Shown: positions 40,081-50,761 of the stretch, one piece after another | Numbering within the stretch: position 1 is the stretch's first letter | How the letters are laid out: each line of letters starts with the position of its first letter | From: an uncultured Gemmatimonadales bacterium | GTDB taxonomy: Bacteria > Gemmatimonadota > Gemmatimonadetes > Palauibacterales > Palauibacteraceae | DNA length: 64,000 nucleotides | Assembly: GCA_963783385.1 (NCBI GenBank) | Contig: CAWANJ010000009.1 | Span: 800,001 to 864,000 of the forward strand | Direction: 5' to 3' | Notes under the pieces: generated by a model | Seen by the model: the letters and a program-made list of their open reading frames with translations, nothing else | What the model was told of the DNA's origin: nothing | Databases searched by the model: none | Made by a program: the position numbers and the translations under genes

Positions 40081-41306
40081 CGTGACCTCGCGCTGAGTGA
40101 CTGCAGGTAGGTCGCCACGTCGGCCGTCTCCTGGGCCGTCAGAGACGGCCACCTGGTCCCCGGCGCGGTCGTCCCCGACACGGTGAGGTGGCTCCACAGA
40201 GCGGCCAGGACCGCGGGGACCGAGCTCAGGTTACGCACCTTTCCCAGGTCGCCGGCCTGTCCTCGGCCCGCCCCGTCGAGCGTATGGCAGGCGAGGCATC
40301 CCTTGCCGCGGATCAGGGCCCGGCCCCTGGCGGCGTCCCCCGAGGTGGAGAAGTAGCGGGCGGAATACAGGTAGGCCACCAGGTCGGCCATCTCGTCCGG
40401 ACCCACGGACGGCACCGCCATGCCCCGCCGCTCCATCCCCGCGATCATCGCGGGAGCCTCGTTCCACATGGCCGCCGCGAAGTCGATGAGCGTCCGCCCG
40501 GTGTCACGGCCGGAGAAGTCCGGGCCCCTCTGGCCCGGGCCCGTCCCATCGTGGCAAGTCGCGCAGCCCTTGGCCTCGAAGACCTGTCGTCCCATCTCCG
40601 CGCTCCCCGGTAGCACGTAGAACTGCCCTTCGCGGGGCGCCTCGGCACGGGACTCGAGGAAGGAGATGAGGTCGAGGAGCTGCTGGCCCGTGAAGGTGGG
40701 ACGCCGAATGCCCAGCGTGCGCATCTTCCGCATCATGGCCGGCCCATGGTTCCACAGGGCGGCGGCCACCACGATGGGCGAGCCGAACTGGCTGAGGAAG
40801 TCCAGGTCCGGGCCCACGACCCCGCCGGACCCGTCCACCTGGTGACACCGTATGCACTGCTTCTCCGAGAACAGCCGCTCCCCCCGGAGCGGGTCTCCCT
40901 GCTGGCCGAACGCGTTCACCGTCGACAGGAAGGCGCTCAGGTCACCGGCCTCCTCCGGCGTGAGGCGGAACGGCTTGACATCCCGCGCGAGCATGCGCTC
41001 GCGCATGCCCGGGAGATGGTTCCAGATGTCGGCGGCGAGGCCGAAGAAGGTGGGCGGCCCCTCCAGCCGGCCCAGGTCGGGGCCGATGTGGGCACCGATG
41101 CCGTTGATGGCATGACAGCCCGAGCATCCCTTGGAGCCGAAGACCCGGGCGCCCGTCAGGGCGCTCTCTGCGGAGGGAGGCGGCTGCTGGGCCGCCAGGC
41201 GGCCCGCGGGAATCCATCCGAACACCGCCAGCACCACGATCCCCACGAAGCGCAGAAGGCGTGGCCACACGCGGTCCGTCACCGAGGTGCGCATGGGGTG
41301 CGTCAC
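40077..41306 (-). CDS. Tetraheme cytochrome c (four class-I-like domains)
   Basis: CSGCH, CIRCH, CATCH, CLACH, each followed by GPDL- and WN(H)..PxM-like segments. Confidence 0.88.
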   Translation of the reverse strand: MTHPMRTSVTDRVWPRLLRFVGIVVLAVFGWIPAGRLAAQQPPPSAESALTGARVFGSKGCSGCHAINGIGAHIGPDLGRLEGPPTFFGLAADIWNHLPGMRERMLARDVKPFRLTPEEAGDLSAFLSTVNAFGQQGDPLRGERLFSEKQCIRCHQVDGSGGVVGPDLDFLSQFGSPIVVAAALWNHGPAMMRKMRTLGIRRPTFTGQQLLDLISFLESRAEAPREGQFYVLPGSAEMGRQVFEAKGCATCHDGTGPGQRGPDFSGRDTGRTLIDFAAAMWNEAPAMIAGMERRGMAVPSVGPDEMADLVAYLYSARYFSTSGDAARGRALIRGKGCLACHTLDGAGRGQAGDLGKVRNLSSVPAVLAALWSHLTVSGTTAPGTRWPSLTAQETADVATYLQSLSARSR

Positions 41307-41379
41307 GGAAGGAACTCGGCCGCCGCGGGAAGGGGGGCCCTCGCCACGGCGTCCATGGAGCGAGCTGCCGATCCTGCTC

Positions 41380-41844
41380 CTAGCTCTTCCCCTGGCCCTT
41401 GTCTTCCTTTTCCGCCTTGGCCGGGTGATGGCACACCGGACACATGTCGCTGGTGCGGCCGGCGTGGCTGGCGGGAATGTCCGGCACGTTCTTCATGGCC
41501 CCGGGCTTGTGGCACATGAGACATTCGCTCCGTCCCTCCGTCTCGTGTGGGATCGCCGGCGGCGCGGCCTTCTGGACCTCGGCGTCCGGCGCGTGACACA
41601 GGAGGCACTCCTTGACCGTGCGGCCTTTGTGGTCCGCGGGCATGGCGGGCACGTTCTTCATGGCGCCCGAGTGGCACATGACGCAGTTGCTTCTTCCCTC
41701 CAGAGAGTGCTTGACGACCGGGGGAGTCTTCCACTGCGACGCCGCGGGCTTCGCCGGCGCTTCCTTCTCCTGCGCGGCCGCCGGGGAGGCGACAACGGCT
41801 CCGAACAGAAGTGCGACGGCACCGACCGAAGCTATACGATTCAT
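41380..41844 (-). CDS. Small periplasmic tetraheme cytochrome c (internal duplication)
   Basis: RBS AAGGAG; signal peptide; two repeats of PP..(P/K)H..EGRS.CxxCH...AMKNVP..PA.H.GRT...CxxCH. Confidence 0.88.
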   Translation of the reverse strand: MNRIASVGAVALLFGAVVASPAAAQEKEAPAKPAASQWKTPPVVKHSLEGRSNCVMCHSGAMKNVPAMPADHKGRTVKECLLCHAPDAEVQKAAPPAIPHETEGRSECLMCHKPGAMKNVPDIPASHAGRTSDMCPVCHHPAKAEKEDKGQGKS

Positions 41845-42017
41845 AACGGCTCGCTCCTTAGAAGTACTGGAGGATCGACCCTGCACTCTAACGTCCCTTT
41901 CGGACCTCAGCAACAAGGACGGCACCGGGGCGCCCGACGTCACGCCATTCGCCCTCCCGGGGCGCTCACCCTGCGCAACGGCCACGCGCAGATTGGGGCC
42001 CGAGCAACCCTCCGGCA

Positions 42018-42058
42018 GTAGGGAGAAACCCGACCGGGCCGGTGGGGAAATCCGCCAC
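42018..42058. promoter_or_regulatory. Tandem operator candidates (GTAGGG-AGAAA-CCCGAC; GTGGGG-AAATC-CGCCAC)
   Basis: Two GTNGGG-N5-CCCNAC-type sites 24 bp apart in the divergent cytochrome promoter region. Confidence 0.5.
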
Positions 42059-42138
42059 CGCCTCGAGGCGCGGGCTTCGGGCGCAGTCCCCTGTCACGAT
42101 TCGTCATGGGACCGATGCAGGTTCTCCCCACGAACGCC

Positions 42139-42155
42139 GTCGGGAAGTTCCCGAC
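42139..42155. promoter_or_regulatory. Palindromic operator candidate GTCGGG-AAGTT-CCCGAC
   Basis: Perfect 6-5-6 inverted repeat. Confidence 0.55.
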
Positions 42156-42504
42156 AGCCCCACGCCGGCGCCTTGTGAATAATGGTACTTGAGTTTCGCC
42201 GCCCCGCGGCGAGCCTTCTCGGTTCCTCGACGAGGAGGCGTCGGAGGGGGTCGACAGCGCGTGGTCAAATCGATTATGATAGAAGCGTCTAAGCGTCGGG
42301 ACTGTACCCCCCTGGACCGGGTCGTGAACGACACGGCCGGCCAGTGTCACGCCCAGGGCCACCCAGGTGGCTCCAGACGATCAGACACCTCAGCGTGCAA
42401 GGTCTGCCTGTCCCGGCACCGATCCCGAGTCCGTCATGTTGGAGCCCGGTGAATGAGCGGTCCATTCGGGCACGCGTCGAGCTATTAGCTCCCAGGAGCG
42501 TTCT

Positions 42505-44079
42505 ATGCGATCCGTTCGTTGGCTGTCACGTTTCCTGGCCGCCCTGGTTGTGGTCGGCGGTGTCCTGGCCACCGGCTGTACGGACCGGGTGACGGTCTTC
42601 AAGCAGAAGCCCTTCTTCGACCAGCCCCCGGCCGGGGCCGGTGACTTCCTGGGCTACAGCGACCAGACGACCCAGACCACGGTGTGCGGCGACTGCCACG
42701 TCGGCGTGCAGGCGTCCTGGATCAAGACCAAGCACGCCAGCGCGTGGGCGGACCTCGAGGCGTCGGGGCATGCCAACGACACCTGCCGGCAGTGCCACAG
42801 TGTCAACGAGTTCGGCAACGCGACCACCGACTCGGGCGGCTGGACCACGACCAAGGACGCCCGCTACCAGGACGTCCAGTGCGAGAGCTGCCACGGTCCG
42901 GGACTCCAGCACGTCGAGAACCCGGATGCGAGCCAGCCGATCCCGTCCCTGGCGGTCCAGACGGACACCACGAGCCTCACGAACGGGTGCGCCGAGTGCC
43001 ACAACGGAACGCACCATCCCGTTCGTGGAGCAGTGGGCGCTGTCGAAGCACGCCACGTTCATCAACGGCGGGCCCACCGGCCACGCGGCGACGACCGAGG
43101 CGTGCGTCGGCTGCCACACCGGCCAGGGCGCGCTGGACCGGTGGGGCGTGACCGGGCCTTACAAGGAAAAGGACGCGTCGACGCCGATGCCGATCGTGTG
43201 CGGCGTGTGCCACGACCCGCACGGGAGCCCGAACCTGCACCAGCTCCGCTTCCCGATCGAGACCAGCTCGATCGAGACGCACCTGTGCGCCCAGTGCCAC
43301 AACTACGAGACGAGCCCCAATGGGGCGAGCCCGTACGGCCTCTCGCCGATGGCGCCCGAGGCGCAGCTCCTGGTGGGGACGGCCGGGTACTTCCCGCCCA
43401 ACCTCGACCTCACGCAGGCCGACTCGATCCACGGCACGCACGGGAGCACGGCGAACCCGACCCTGTGCACGACGTGTCACGTGCACGCGTTCAGCACGAC
43501 GCTGAAGGACACGGACGCGCCGTTCTCCGCGGTGGGCCACACCTTCAACGCGCTCCCCTGCATGGAGAACGGGGTACCCTCGGGGAACCTGGACTGCGCG
43601 ATCACGACCACGGCCCGGAGCTTCGACGCCTGCACCACCTCGGGGTGTCACGGTGACGCCGCCGCGACGCGCTCGGTCCTGATCTCGCGGCTCGTACTCG
43701 TCAAGGAGCGCTCGGACACGCTCAAGGCGATGCTCGACCGGATCGATCCCAACGGCACCCAGGCCGGCGGGGCCATCGATCCGAACGACGGCGTGCTGAC
43801 GCCGGCCGAGGGAGCCTTGTTCAACTACAATCTGGCCAACTGGCTGGAGGAAGTGAACGGCCAGAACAACAGCCCGGCTACTACCCGAACGGGTTCACCA
43901 ACCAGTACGTGAGCCTGCTGGGCTCGACGGTCCACAACCCGTTCCTTCTGACGGCGCTGCTGGACGGGAGCATCAATCAGCTGGCGACCACATACGCCGC
44001 GGCCAGCACGAACCCGACGTACCTGCAGCAGATCAAGACCGAGATCACGGACATCAAGGCCAAGGGCCAGGTCCACTGA
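42505..44079 (+). CDS. Multiheme c-type lipoprotein (~9 hemes); two apparent frameshifts (~43020, ~43875)
   Basis: RBS AGGAG; lipobox LATGC; 8 CxxCH plus CTTSGCH across frames; third frame gives GSTVHNP and TGA at 44077-44079. Confidence 0.85.
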
Positions 44080-44105
44080 GGCCGGTCCGTGCGAGACGCC
44101 AGCGA

Positions 44106-44137
44106 GGCGGGCGGCCCCGGTCGGGCCGCCCGTCGCC
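44106..44137. terminator. Intergenic GC hairpin (terminator or mRNA-stabilising stem)
   Basis: ggcgggcggccc-cggtc-gggccgcccgtcgcc directly after the lipoprotein cytochrome stop. Confidence 0.35.
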
Positions 44138-44177
44138 TGGTTCGAGCCGCCCCTCCAACCCTCACTTCACGCAGATC

Positions 44178-45692
44178 ATGACGACCAGGCCCGGGCGCCT
44201 ACGCCGCGTGGGAGCGAGCCGTGCGCGGTGGATCCGGCGAGAGCTGCTCTCGCTCGTCGTGCTCGCGGCCGCGAGCCCGGCCGGGCTCGCGGCGCAGGGC
44301 TACAGCGCCAACGTCCAAGCGGGCATGGCCTCGGTGAAGCTCCGCCCGCTGGTCCGTGACAGCGTGCCCGAGTCCACCGTGCCGGGCCAGGGCCTTCTGC
44401 GGCGGCTCCCCAACGGCATCGTGGCGACCTGCATCCCGGGCGAGTACTGCCGATGGTACGGATCGGGCGCCGTGCGCTCGCTCACGACCGTGACCCAGGA
44501 GATCCACCTGGCCGCATGGCCCGGGATCCGGGGGCTGGCGGTCCACGCTCACATGCGTGGCTGGTACGGAAGCGACGGGGAGTGGCCGCTTTCGAGCCAC
44601 AGGCTCGAGGTGATGACCGCCTACCTCAGCTACGACATCTCCCGCTTCCATTTCGAGGGCGGCCGTCAGGACCGATTCGATGGCCTCGGGTACCGGAACT
44701 TCGACGGGCTCTCGGCCCGCTGGGACGGACTCGAGCCCCTGTCGGTCGAGGCCTACGGCGGTTGGTACCTGGCCCCCAACCTGGATGCGCCGCTCACCAG
44801 CTCGCTGATCTCCGACGCCGAGCCCCTGGCCTCGTGAACGACCGCGGACTGGTGTTCGGGGGCGAGCTCCAGGCCCACGCGGGTCGTCGCCTCTCCGGTT
44901 CGGCGGTCTACCAGCGGGTGATCCGGACGGACCGCCTGGCGCTGTACTCGGAGCGCGCGGCGCTGACGGCTCACGCCTTTCTCGGGCCCGCCAGCATGGA
45001 CCTCTCCGGGCGGTACGACTTCTCCTTCCAGCAGCTCGATCAGGTCCACGCGCGCGTGTCGGTGCCGGTTCGACCTTGCCTGGAACTCACGGCCGAGTAC
45101 CGACACTACCGTCCCTTCTTCCCGCTGTGGACGATCTGGGGCGCGTTCAGCCCGGTCGGCTACGACGGCGGCAGCGGCAGCCTGACCTGGCGGGTCCCCT
45201 CCCTCGGTCTCGGCCTGCAGGCCGGCGGCGGATACCGCTGGTACGAGAACTCGAGCACGGCGGGCGGAAACCTGGCCGGCTTCAAGGACACGGGCTGGCG
45301 CGCCTTCGGCGGCGCCAACTGGGCCTCCGGCGACTTGGTTCGCCAACGGCCAATACCAGGCGGACATCGGGCCGGGAGCGGCGGACATGGGTGGAGACCT
45401 GTCCGCCGGACGTCGCTTCGGCGAGAGGAGCTGGCTGGCTCTCCGGGCCACGTCCACCCGCAGCTTCGGCGAGTATCGGCTCGGTGACCAGCGGCTCACC
45501 GGCGCGGGACTCATCGGGTCCGCGCCGGTCGGCGACCTCCTGTTAACGGGCAGCGCGGGATTCTACCGGCTGTCCTACACGAACCGGCCGGCGATCACGG
45601 ACTGGACGCAGTTCCGGATGTTCCTGGGGGTGGGATACCACTTCGGCAGCGAGCCGACGGTCGCGTCGGTCCTGAAGGGGTACGGCCAATGA
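44178..45692 (+). CDS. Putative outer-membrane beta-barrel (porin of a porin-cytochrome conduit); two apparent frameshifts (~44829, ~45335)
   Basis: Signal peptide; amphipathic Tyr/Gly/Trp-rich strands throughout; last strand MFLGVGYHF; sits between two multiheme cytochromes. Confidence 0.7.
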
Positions 45693-47418
45693 GCGACCGC
45701 TGGCCAAGACGGATCGTCCTCGCGCTCGCCTTCCTGACCCTGACCGGCGGGCCCTGGGCCGGGTCGGCCCTGGCCGGCCAGGACACGACGGTCGTCCAGC
45801 GCCCCTTCCCGCACGCCCGCCACGTCGGACTGTTCCCGACCTGCGACGGCTGCCATGCGGGGATCCTGAACGGAGACTCGGCGAAGTGGCTCTCGGTGGG
45901 GCCCGAGTTCTGCCAGGTTTGCCACGACGGCGAGACGGTGAAGAAGATCGAGTGGACGACGCCCGAGCACCCTCGGACGAACCTCCACTTCACGCACGCC
46001 AAGCACGCTGCCGGATTCGAGAAGCTCGGGGCGCCGCCCGCGAAGTGCCAGACCTGTCACCAGGCCGAAGGCGGCACGGAACGTCCATGCAGGTGGTGAT
46101 GGCCAGGCCGACGCTCTGCGGGGCATGCCACTCACCGGACCACCTGTCGCTCCAGAACGACTGCGCCACGTGTCACGATCCGCTCACCCGGGCGTCGAAC
46201 CTGAGGACGTCCGACATCGCGGGCTTGCCCAAGCCTCCCTGGCACGATTCGGCCGACTTCCTCTTCCAGCACGGAGCGGAGGCCTCCGCGTCGGGCGCGG
46301 TGTGCTCCGTGTGCCACGCCCGCCAGAGCTGCACCCGCTGCCACCTGAACGCGTCGCAGGTGGAGCCGATCCAGGCCCTCGGCCCGGATCCGCGCGTCGC
46401 ACAGCTGGTCCACGGACGAGCGGGCCGGTGGCCGAAGCCGCCCAGCCACCGCGACCGGGACTGGGTCCTGTCCCACGGAGCGACGGCCCGGACCTCGCTG
46501 TCCACGTGCGCCGACTGCCACGCGGCTTCGAGCTGTGCGACCTGCCACCGCGGGCCGCGGGCCGGCTTCCTTTCGCAGATGCCGCGGGCCGTCGAGGGAG
46601 GACCGTCCGGGGTTCGCATCCACGCGTCGCCGCCTGGACACGGACCGGACTTCGCCACGCAGCACGGGGCGACCGCGGCCTCGGGTGCCATCGAGTGCTC
46701 CGCGTGTCACACGAAGGTCCAGTGCACGGCCTGCCATCGCGGGGGCGTGCCCTCCTCGCCGGCCGTCCACGCCCCCGGCACGGGCGGATCGGGAGGAGGG
46801 AACGAGCCGATGAGCCTCGGGAGCCCGAGCGTGCAGCCCGGGGAGCCGACGACACCGACGGACGAACGTCGCCCGCTGCGGAGGCCCGAGCCGCGCCCCG
46901 TAGTGTGGTTCGCCTCGCTGCGGACGACCGTTCGGACGGGGCCACGAGCCGTGCAGGACACCACGCCCCCGGCGTCCACGTCCTCTCGAGAAGACGGAGG
47001 ACAGGCAACCCCGGCCCCGCGGACCGGCGGCTTCCACCCACCCGATTACGTGCTCCGACACGGTGCCGACGCCTTCTCGCGTCGAGTCCAGTGCTCGGAG
47101 TGCCATTCGGCCCAGGCATTCTGCCTGACCTGCCACGAGAAAATGGGGATCGGACGGGGGGGCACGGCCGGGAGCCCCGCCTTTCACGATGCGGAGCCCA
47201 ACTGGCTGATCACGCACGGGCGGGCCGCCCGACAGAATATCGAGACCTGCATCTCCTGTCACCAGCAGAGCTCCTGCCTTCGGTGTCACAGCGCGAAGTT
47301 CGGATTCCGCATCGACCCGCACGGTCCGGGCTTCGATCCCAACCGCATCGCCGACCGCAGCACGATCTCCTGCGGAATCTGCCACTTCTCGCTCCCCAAA
47401 GGCGGAGGCGGGGGCTGA
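45689..47418 (+). CDS. Periplasmic 16-heme cytochrome c; one apparent frameshift (~46079)
   Basis: Signal peptide; 3 CxxCH in the first frame plus 13 in the second; repeated H...(F/W)...HG..A...CxxCH....CxxCH units. Confidence 0.85.
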
Positions 47419-47713
47419 CCGAGGCGGGATGAGGGTTCGCGCCCGACCCTCACGACCGGAGCATTCCGGCGAATCCCCCCGGGGAGTGTCGCACGAAATG
47501 CGGCCTCCGCGACGGCCGGGTATACTGGCTGGCGCGTGCGAGGCCTTGGGTCGTCGAGATCGAAGAACGGGTCAATGGACGAACGAGGAGACCTGGTGGT
47601 GGACGGAATATGGGATGAGGGGATGGGTGGTTCGGGAGGAGTGAGTCGTCCGTCACGGAGCGGCACGTGAGCACGGGGCCGCTCGCAGCGCCGCCCCGGC
47701 AGGCGAGGTTGCC

Positions 47714-48184
47714 ATGGTAGAGCCCACGGCTGCGCCGCTGGAGACGGACCCGCCGACCTGGCGACTGGCCTTCGGGGAGTACGTCCTCGCGGGCAGTGTC
47801 GCCATGCTGCTCCTGGGTGCCCTCGCCGCGGTGGTGCTGTACCTGATTCCTTCCAGCCCTCTGCAGCTGGAGGAGCTCCAGCCAGCGTACCAGGTGGCGC
47901 CCGAGGCCAACTTTCCGGTCAACAGCAGTCGCATCGTCAACTGGGGCGATCAGGTCATCCTGGTCGTTCGCACCGGGGATCAGTCGTATTCGGCGCTGCA
48001 GGGCACGGCCCCGACGGACGGCTGCATCCTGAGCTGGAACGAGACGTCGCTCCGCATCGTGTCGCCCTGCACCCACCTGGTCTACGACCTCCGTGGCAAC
48101 GTGGTCCGCGGACTCTCGACCGTCCCCCTCCAGCGCTATCCAGTGTTCATCCGTGACGGCGTCGTATACGTGGCGAGGCCGTAG
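47714..48184 (+). CDS. Rieske-fold protein lacking [2Fe-2S] ligands
   Basis: N-terminal TM helix; APTDGC and SPCT in place of CxHxGC and CPCH; YDLRGNVVRG..PLQRYPV...G.VYV is a Rieske-type tail; precedes cytochrome b. Confidence 0.8.
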   Translation: MVEPTAAPLETDPPTWRLAFGEYVLAGSVAMLLLGALAAVVLYLIPSSPLQLEELQPAYQVAPEANFPVNSSRIVNWGDQVILVVRTGDQSYSALQGTAPTDGCILSWNETSLRIVSPCTHLVYDLRGNVVRGLSTVPLQRYPVFIRDGVVYVARP

Positions 48185-48185
48185 C

Positions 48186-49469
48186 ATGGTCCCCAGAGAT
48201 TCGAAGCCTGCCAGGGAGTGGTTCGCCCGACTGTGGGCGGACCTGAAGGCCAGCACGGACGCGAGCCTGCTGGCGATCCTGCGCTTCGTCGGCCTCCTGT
48301 ATGGGCCGATCGACACCCGACTGCCCATGGGCGCGGCCTTCCGCAAGGCCCTGCGGCACCGGCTCTCCCCGGAGGCCGGATGGCGTCAGGCGTTCGGCGG
48401 GATCGCCTACCTTCTGTTCATGATCCTCGTGGTCACCGGCGTGCTCCTGTCCTTCTACTACCGGCCTTCTACACAGGAGGCCTACCAGAGCATTCAGCAC
48501 ATCGTGTCGGGCGTCTCCTTCGGCTGGCTCATGCGGGACCTGCACGTGTGGGCCGCGAACCTGGTGGTGCTCGCGGCGCTGCTGCACATGGCCCGCGTGT
48601 TCTTCGGTGCGGCCTACAAGCCTCCGCGCGAGACCAACTGGATCGTGGGAGTGCTCCTCCTGTTCAGCGTGTTCGCGTTCGGTGCGACGGGCTACCTCCT
48701 GCCGTGGGACCAGTGGTCGTACTGGACGGTGACCGAGGGACTGGACATCCTCGCCCGCGCACCCATCGTGGGAGGCTGGCTGGTCAGGGTCCTGCGGGCC
48801 GACCCGATCGTGTCCGGCGCCACCTTGAGCCGCTTCTTCGCCATCCACGTGATCGTGCTGCCCTGGCTGGTGCTCGGCCTGCTGGCCCTGCACTTCGCCC
48901 TGGTACGGAAGCATGGTGTCGCACCCCGCGTGAGCGGGACGCGGACGGGCGGGACGGGCGTTCCGTTCTTCCCGCACCACTTCCTGCGGATGGTGATCGC
49001 CGGAACGCTCGTCGTGGCCGTGGCCGTGACGGCCGCCCTCCTGTTCCCGCGTCCGGTCGCTGCTCCGGCCAACCCCGCGCAGCCGCCGGGAATGCTGTTC
49101 TCGACCTGGATCCTGGCCGACGTTTCTCGAGCCCTGATCTATTATCTCGGGGGCTGGGGCTTCGGCGCGTTCCTGCTGCTCGGAGCCGGGATGGTGCTCC
49201 TGCCGATCTTCGATCGTTCTCCCGAGAGGCGGCTTCGCCGCCGGCCGATCGTGGCCGCCCTGGGCGTCCTCTTCTTCCTGACCTTCGCGACCGCCTGGGG
49301 CGCCGGGTGGCGACTCCGCTCCGTTCCGACGACGACCTCGGGTGAGCTGACGCCGTTCCAGAAGCAGCCCACCGGGGCTACGCCGGGCGCTCCCCTGCCA
49401 CGCATCGCGCCCGCCAGCCGACCGGCGACGTCCGGATCGGACACGACGAATCCCGGGGGCGCGCCATGA
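48186..49469 (+). CDS. Cytochrome b paralog lacking the PEWY motif
   Basis: Four His ligands (DLHVW, LLHMA, AIHVI, ALHFA), GYLLPWDQ; FSTWIL at the PEWY position. Confidence 0.9.
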   Translation: MVPRDSKPAREWFARLWADLKASTDASLLAILRFVGLLYGPIDTRLPMGAAFRKALRHRLSPEAGWRQAFGGIAYLLFMILVVTGVLLSFYYRPSTQEAYQSIQHIVSGVSFGWLMRDLHVWAANLVVLAALLHMARVFFGAAYKPPRETNWIVGVLLLFSVFAFGATGYLLPWDQWSYWTVTEGLDILARAPIVGGWLVRVLRADPIVSGATLSRFFAIHVIVLPWLVLGLLALHFALVRKHGVAPRVSGTRTGGTGVPFFPHHFLRMVIAGTLVVAVAVTAALLFPRPVAAPANPAQPPGMLFSTWILADVSRALIYYLGGWGFGAFLLLGAGMVLLPIFDRSPERRLRRRPIVAALGVLFFLTFATAWGAGWRLRSVPTTTSGELTPFQKQPTGATPGAPLPRIAPASRPATSGSDTTNPGGAP

Positions 49470-50758
49470 CGACCGCGCTGACGGCGCTGCTCACAGCCAC
49501 CCTCCTCGCTGCGCCCGCGGCGGGAAGGCCGGCTCCGGCTCGCCCTGCCGGACGTACGGCTCCGACGCTTCCGGCGCAGGTCCCCGGAGCCATGGCCGAC
49601 ACGGCCAACGGCTGCCTGGCCTGCCACGCGGCGCAGCGGCGGGCCGCGACCGAAGGGGTCCATGCCGAGCACGGCGTCACCTGCGTGAGCTGTCACGGCG
49701 GCGACCCGGCCGCCGTCACCCTGCCCCGGGGACACAGCGGGCACTTCGTCGGCAAGCCGGACAAGGCCGCCACCGCGGAACTGTGCGGCTCGTGCCACTC
49801 GGACCCGGACAAGATGCGGGAATACGGCCTGCCCACGGGACAACTGGCCCAGTTCCGCTCGAGCAAGCACGGCCAGTTGTTGTTCGGGCAGCACAACACG
49901 GACGTTCCGACCTGCACGGACTGTCACGGAACGCATGTCATCTACCCGCCCTACGACGCCCGGAGCCGCGTCTATCCGACGAACATTCCGGGGACCTGCG
50001 CGAGCTGCCACTCGGACCCGAAGCTCATGGCGAAGTACCACATTCGCACGGACCAGTTCGCGCAGTTTCGCAACAGCGCCCACGGCGTCGCCCTGTTCCA
50101 GAACCAGAACTTCGCGGCGCCCACGTGCGTCGGGTGCCACGGCGCGCACTCCGAGCTGCCGCCCACGGTGACCGAGATCGCCAGCGTGTGCGGGCGCTGT
50201 CACGTGCTCGTCGAGCAGGAGTTCGCGAAGGGGCCCCATGGCGCCGCCGCCCGTGCCGGGAAGCTGCCGGGCTGCCTGGCGTGCCACAGCAACCACGGCA
50301 CCGAACGTGTCGCGGCGGACAGCATCAGCGCCACCTGCGACCGATGTCACGGATCCAACTCCCAGGTCCACCAGTTCGCGGTCGACATCCAGCACCGGGT
50401 CGTGCAGGCCACGGCGGACATCCAGTCGGCCGAGCGGGCGATCGACCAGATGGCCGCCGCCGGCCAGCGGGTCGGCTACTATCGCTTCCGATTCAGGTCG
50501 GGGCTCACGTACTTCCGCGAGATCGCCCAGAAGCAGCACCGCCTCAACCTGGACACGCTCGACGACCTCGCTCGTCGGGTGCGGTCCGTGTCGATCGACC
50601 TCGACTCGCGGGCGAAGGCGACCCAGGAGAGCCGTTGGGAGCACAGGCTCCTGCTCCTTCCGGTGTGGTTCCTGTCGCTGTCCGCGGTCGCGCTCGCCCT
50701 GCTGGCCCTGCGCGGTCTCCGGAAGACGAACCGGGACTCGGACTCCTCCGGGCCATAG
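49466..50758 (+). CDS. Nonaheme cytochrome c, C-terminally membrane-anchored (paralog of 38674-40080)
   Basis: 9 CxxCH with near-identical spacing and motifs to the minus-strand copy; C-terminal TM helix. Confidence 0.92.
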   Translation: MTTALTALLTATLLAAPAAGRPAPARPAGRTAPTLPAQVPGAMADTANGCLACHAAQRRAATEGVHAEHGVTCVSCHGGDPAAVTLPRGHSGHFVGKPDKAATAELCGSCHSDPDKMREYGLPTGQLAQFRSSKHGQLLFGQHNTDVPTCTDCHGTHVIYPPYDARSRVYPTNIPGTCASCHSDPKLMAKYHIRTDQFAQFRNSAHGVALFQNQNFAAPTCVGCHGAHSELPPTVTEIASVCGRCHVLVEQEFAKGPHGAAARAGKLPGCLACHSNHGTERVAADSISATCDRCHGSNSQVHQFAVDIQHRVVQATADIQSAERAIDQMAAAGQRVGYYRFRFRSGLTYFREIAQKQHRLNLDTLDDLARRVRSVSIDLDSRAKATQESRWEHRLLLLPVWFLSLSAVALALLALRGLRKTNRDSDSSGP

Positions 50759-50761
50759 CCT

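Noticed and set aside
41430-41730. Direct DNA repeats (ggcacgttcttcatggc twice) as a CRISPR or mobile repeat
   Set aside because: Explained by internal duplication of the tetraheme protein; only two copies and no spacers or cas genes
41850-42500. Long intergenic region as an ncRNA, riboswitch or small ORFs
   Set aside because: No recognisable RNA family motif; better explained as a divergent promoter with operator sites
43015-46085. Programmed ribosomal frameshifting in the cytochrome and porin genes
   Set aside because: No slippery heptamers, mixed +1 and -1 directions, all at 2-3 nt homopolymers
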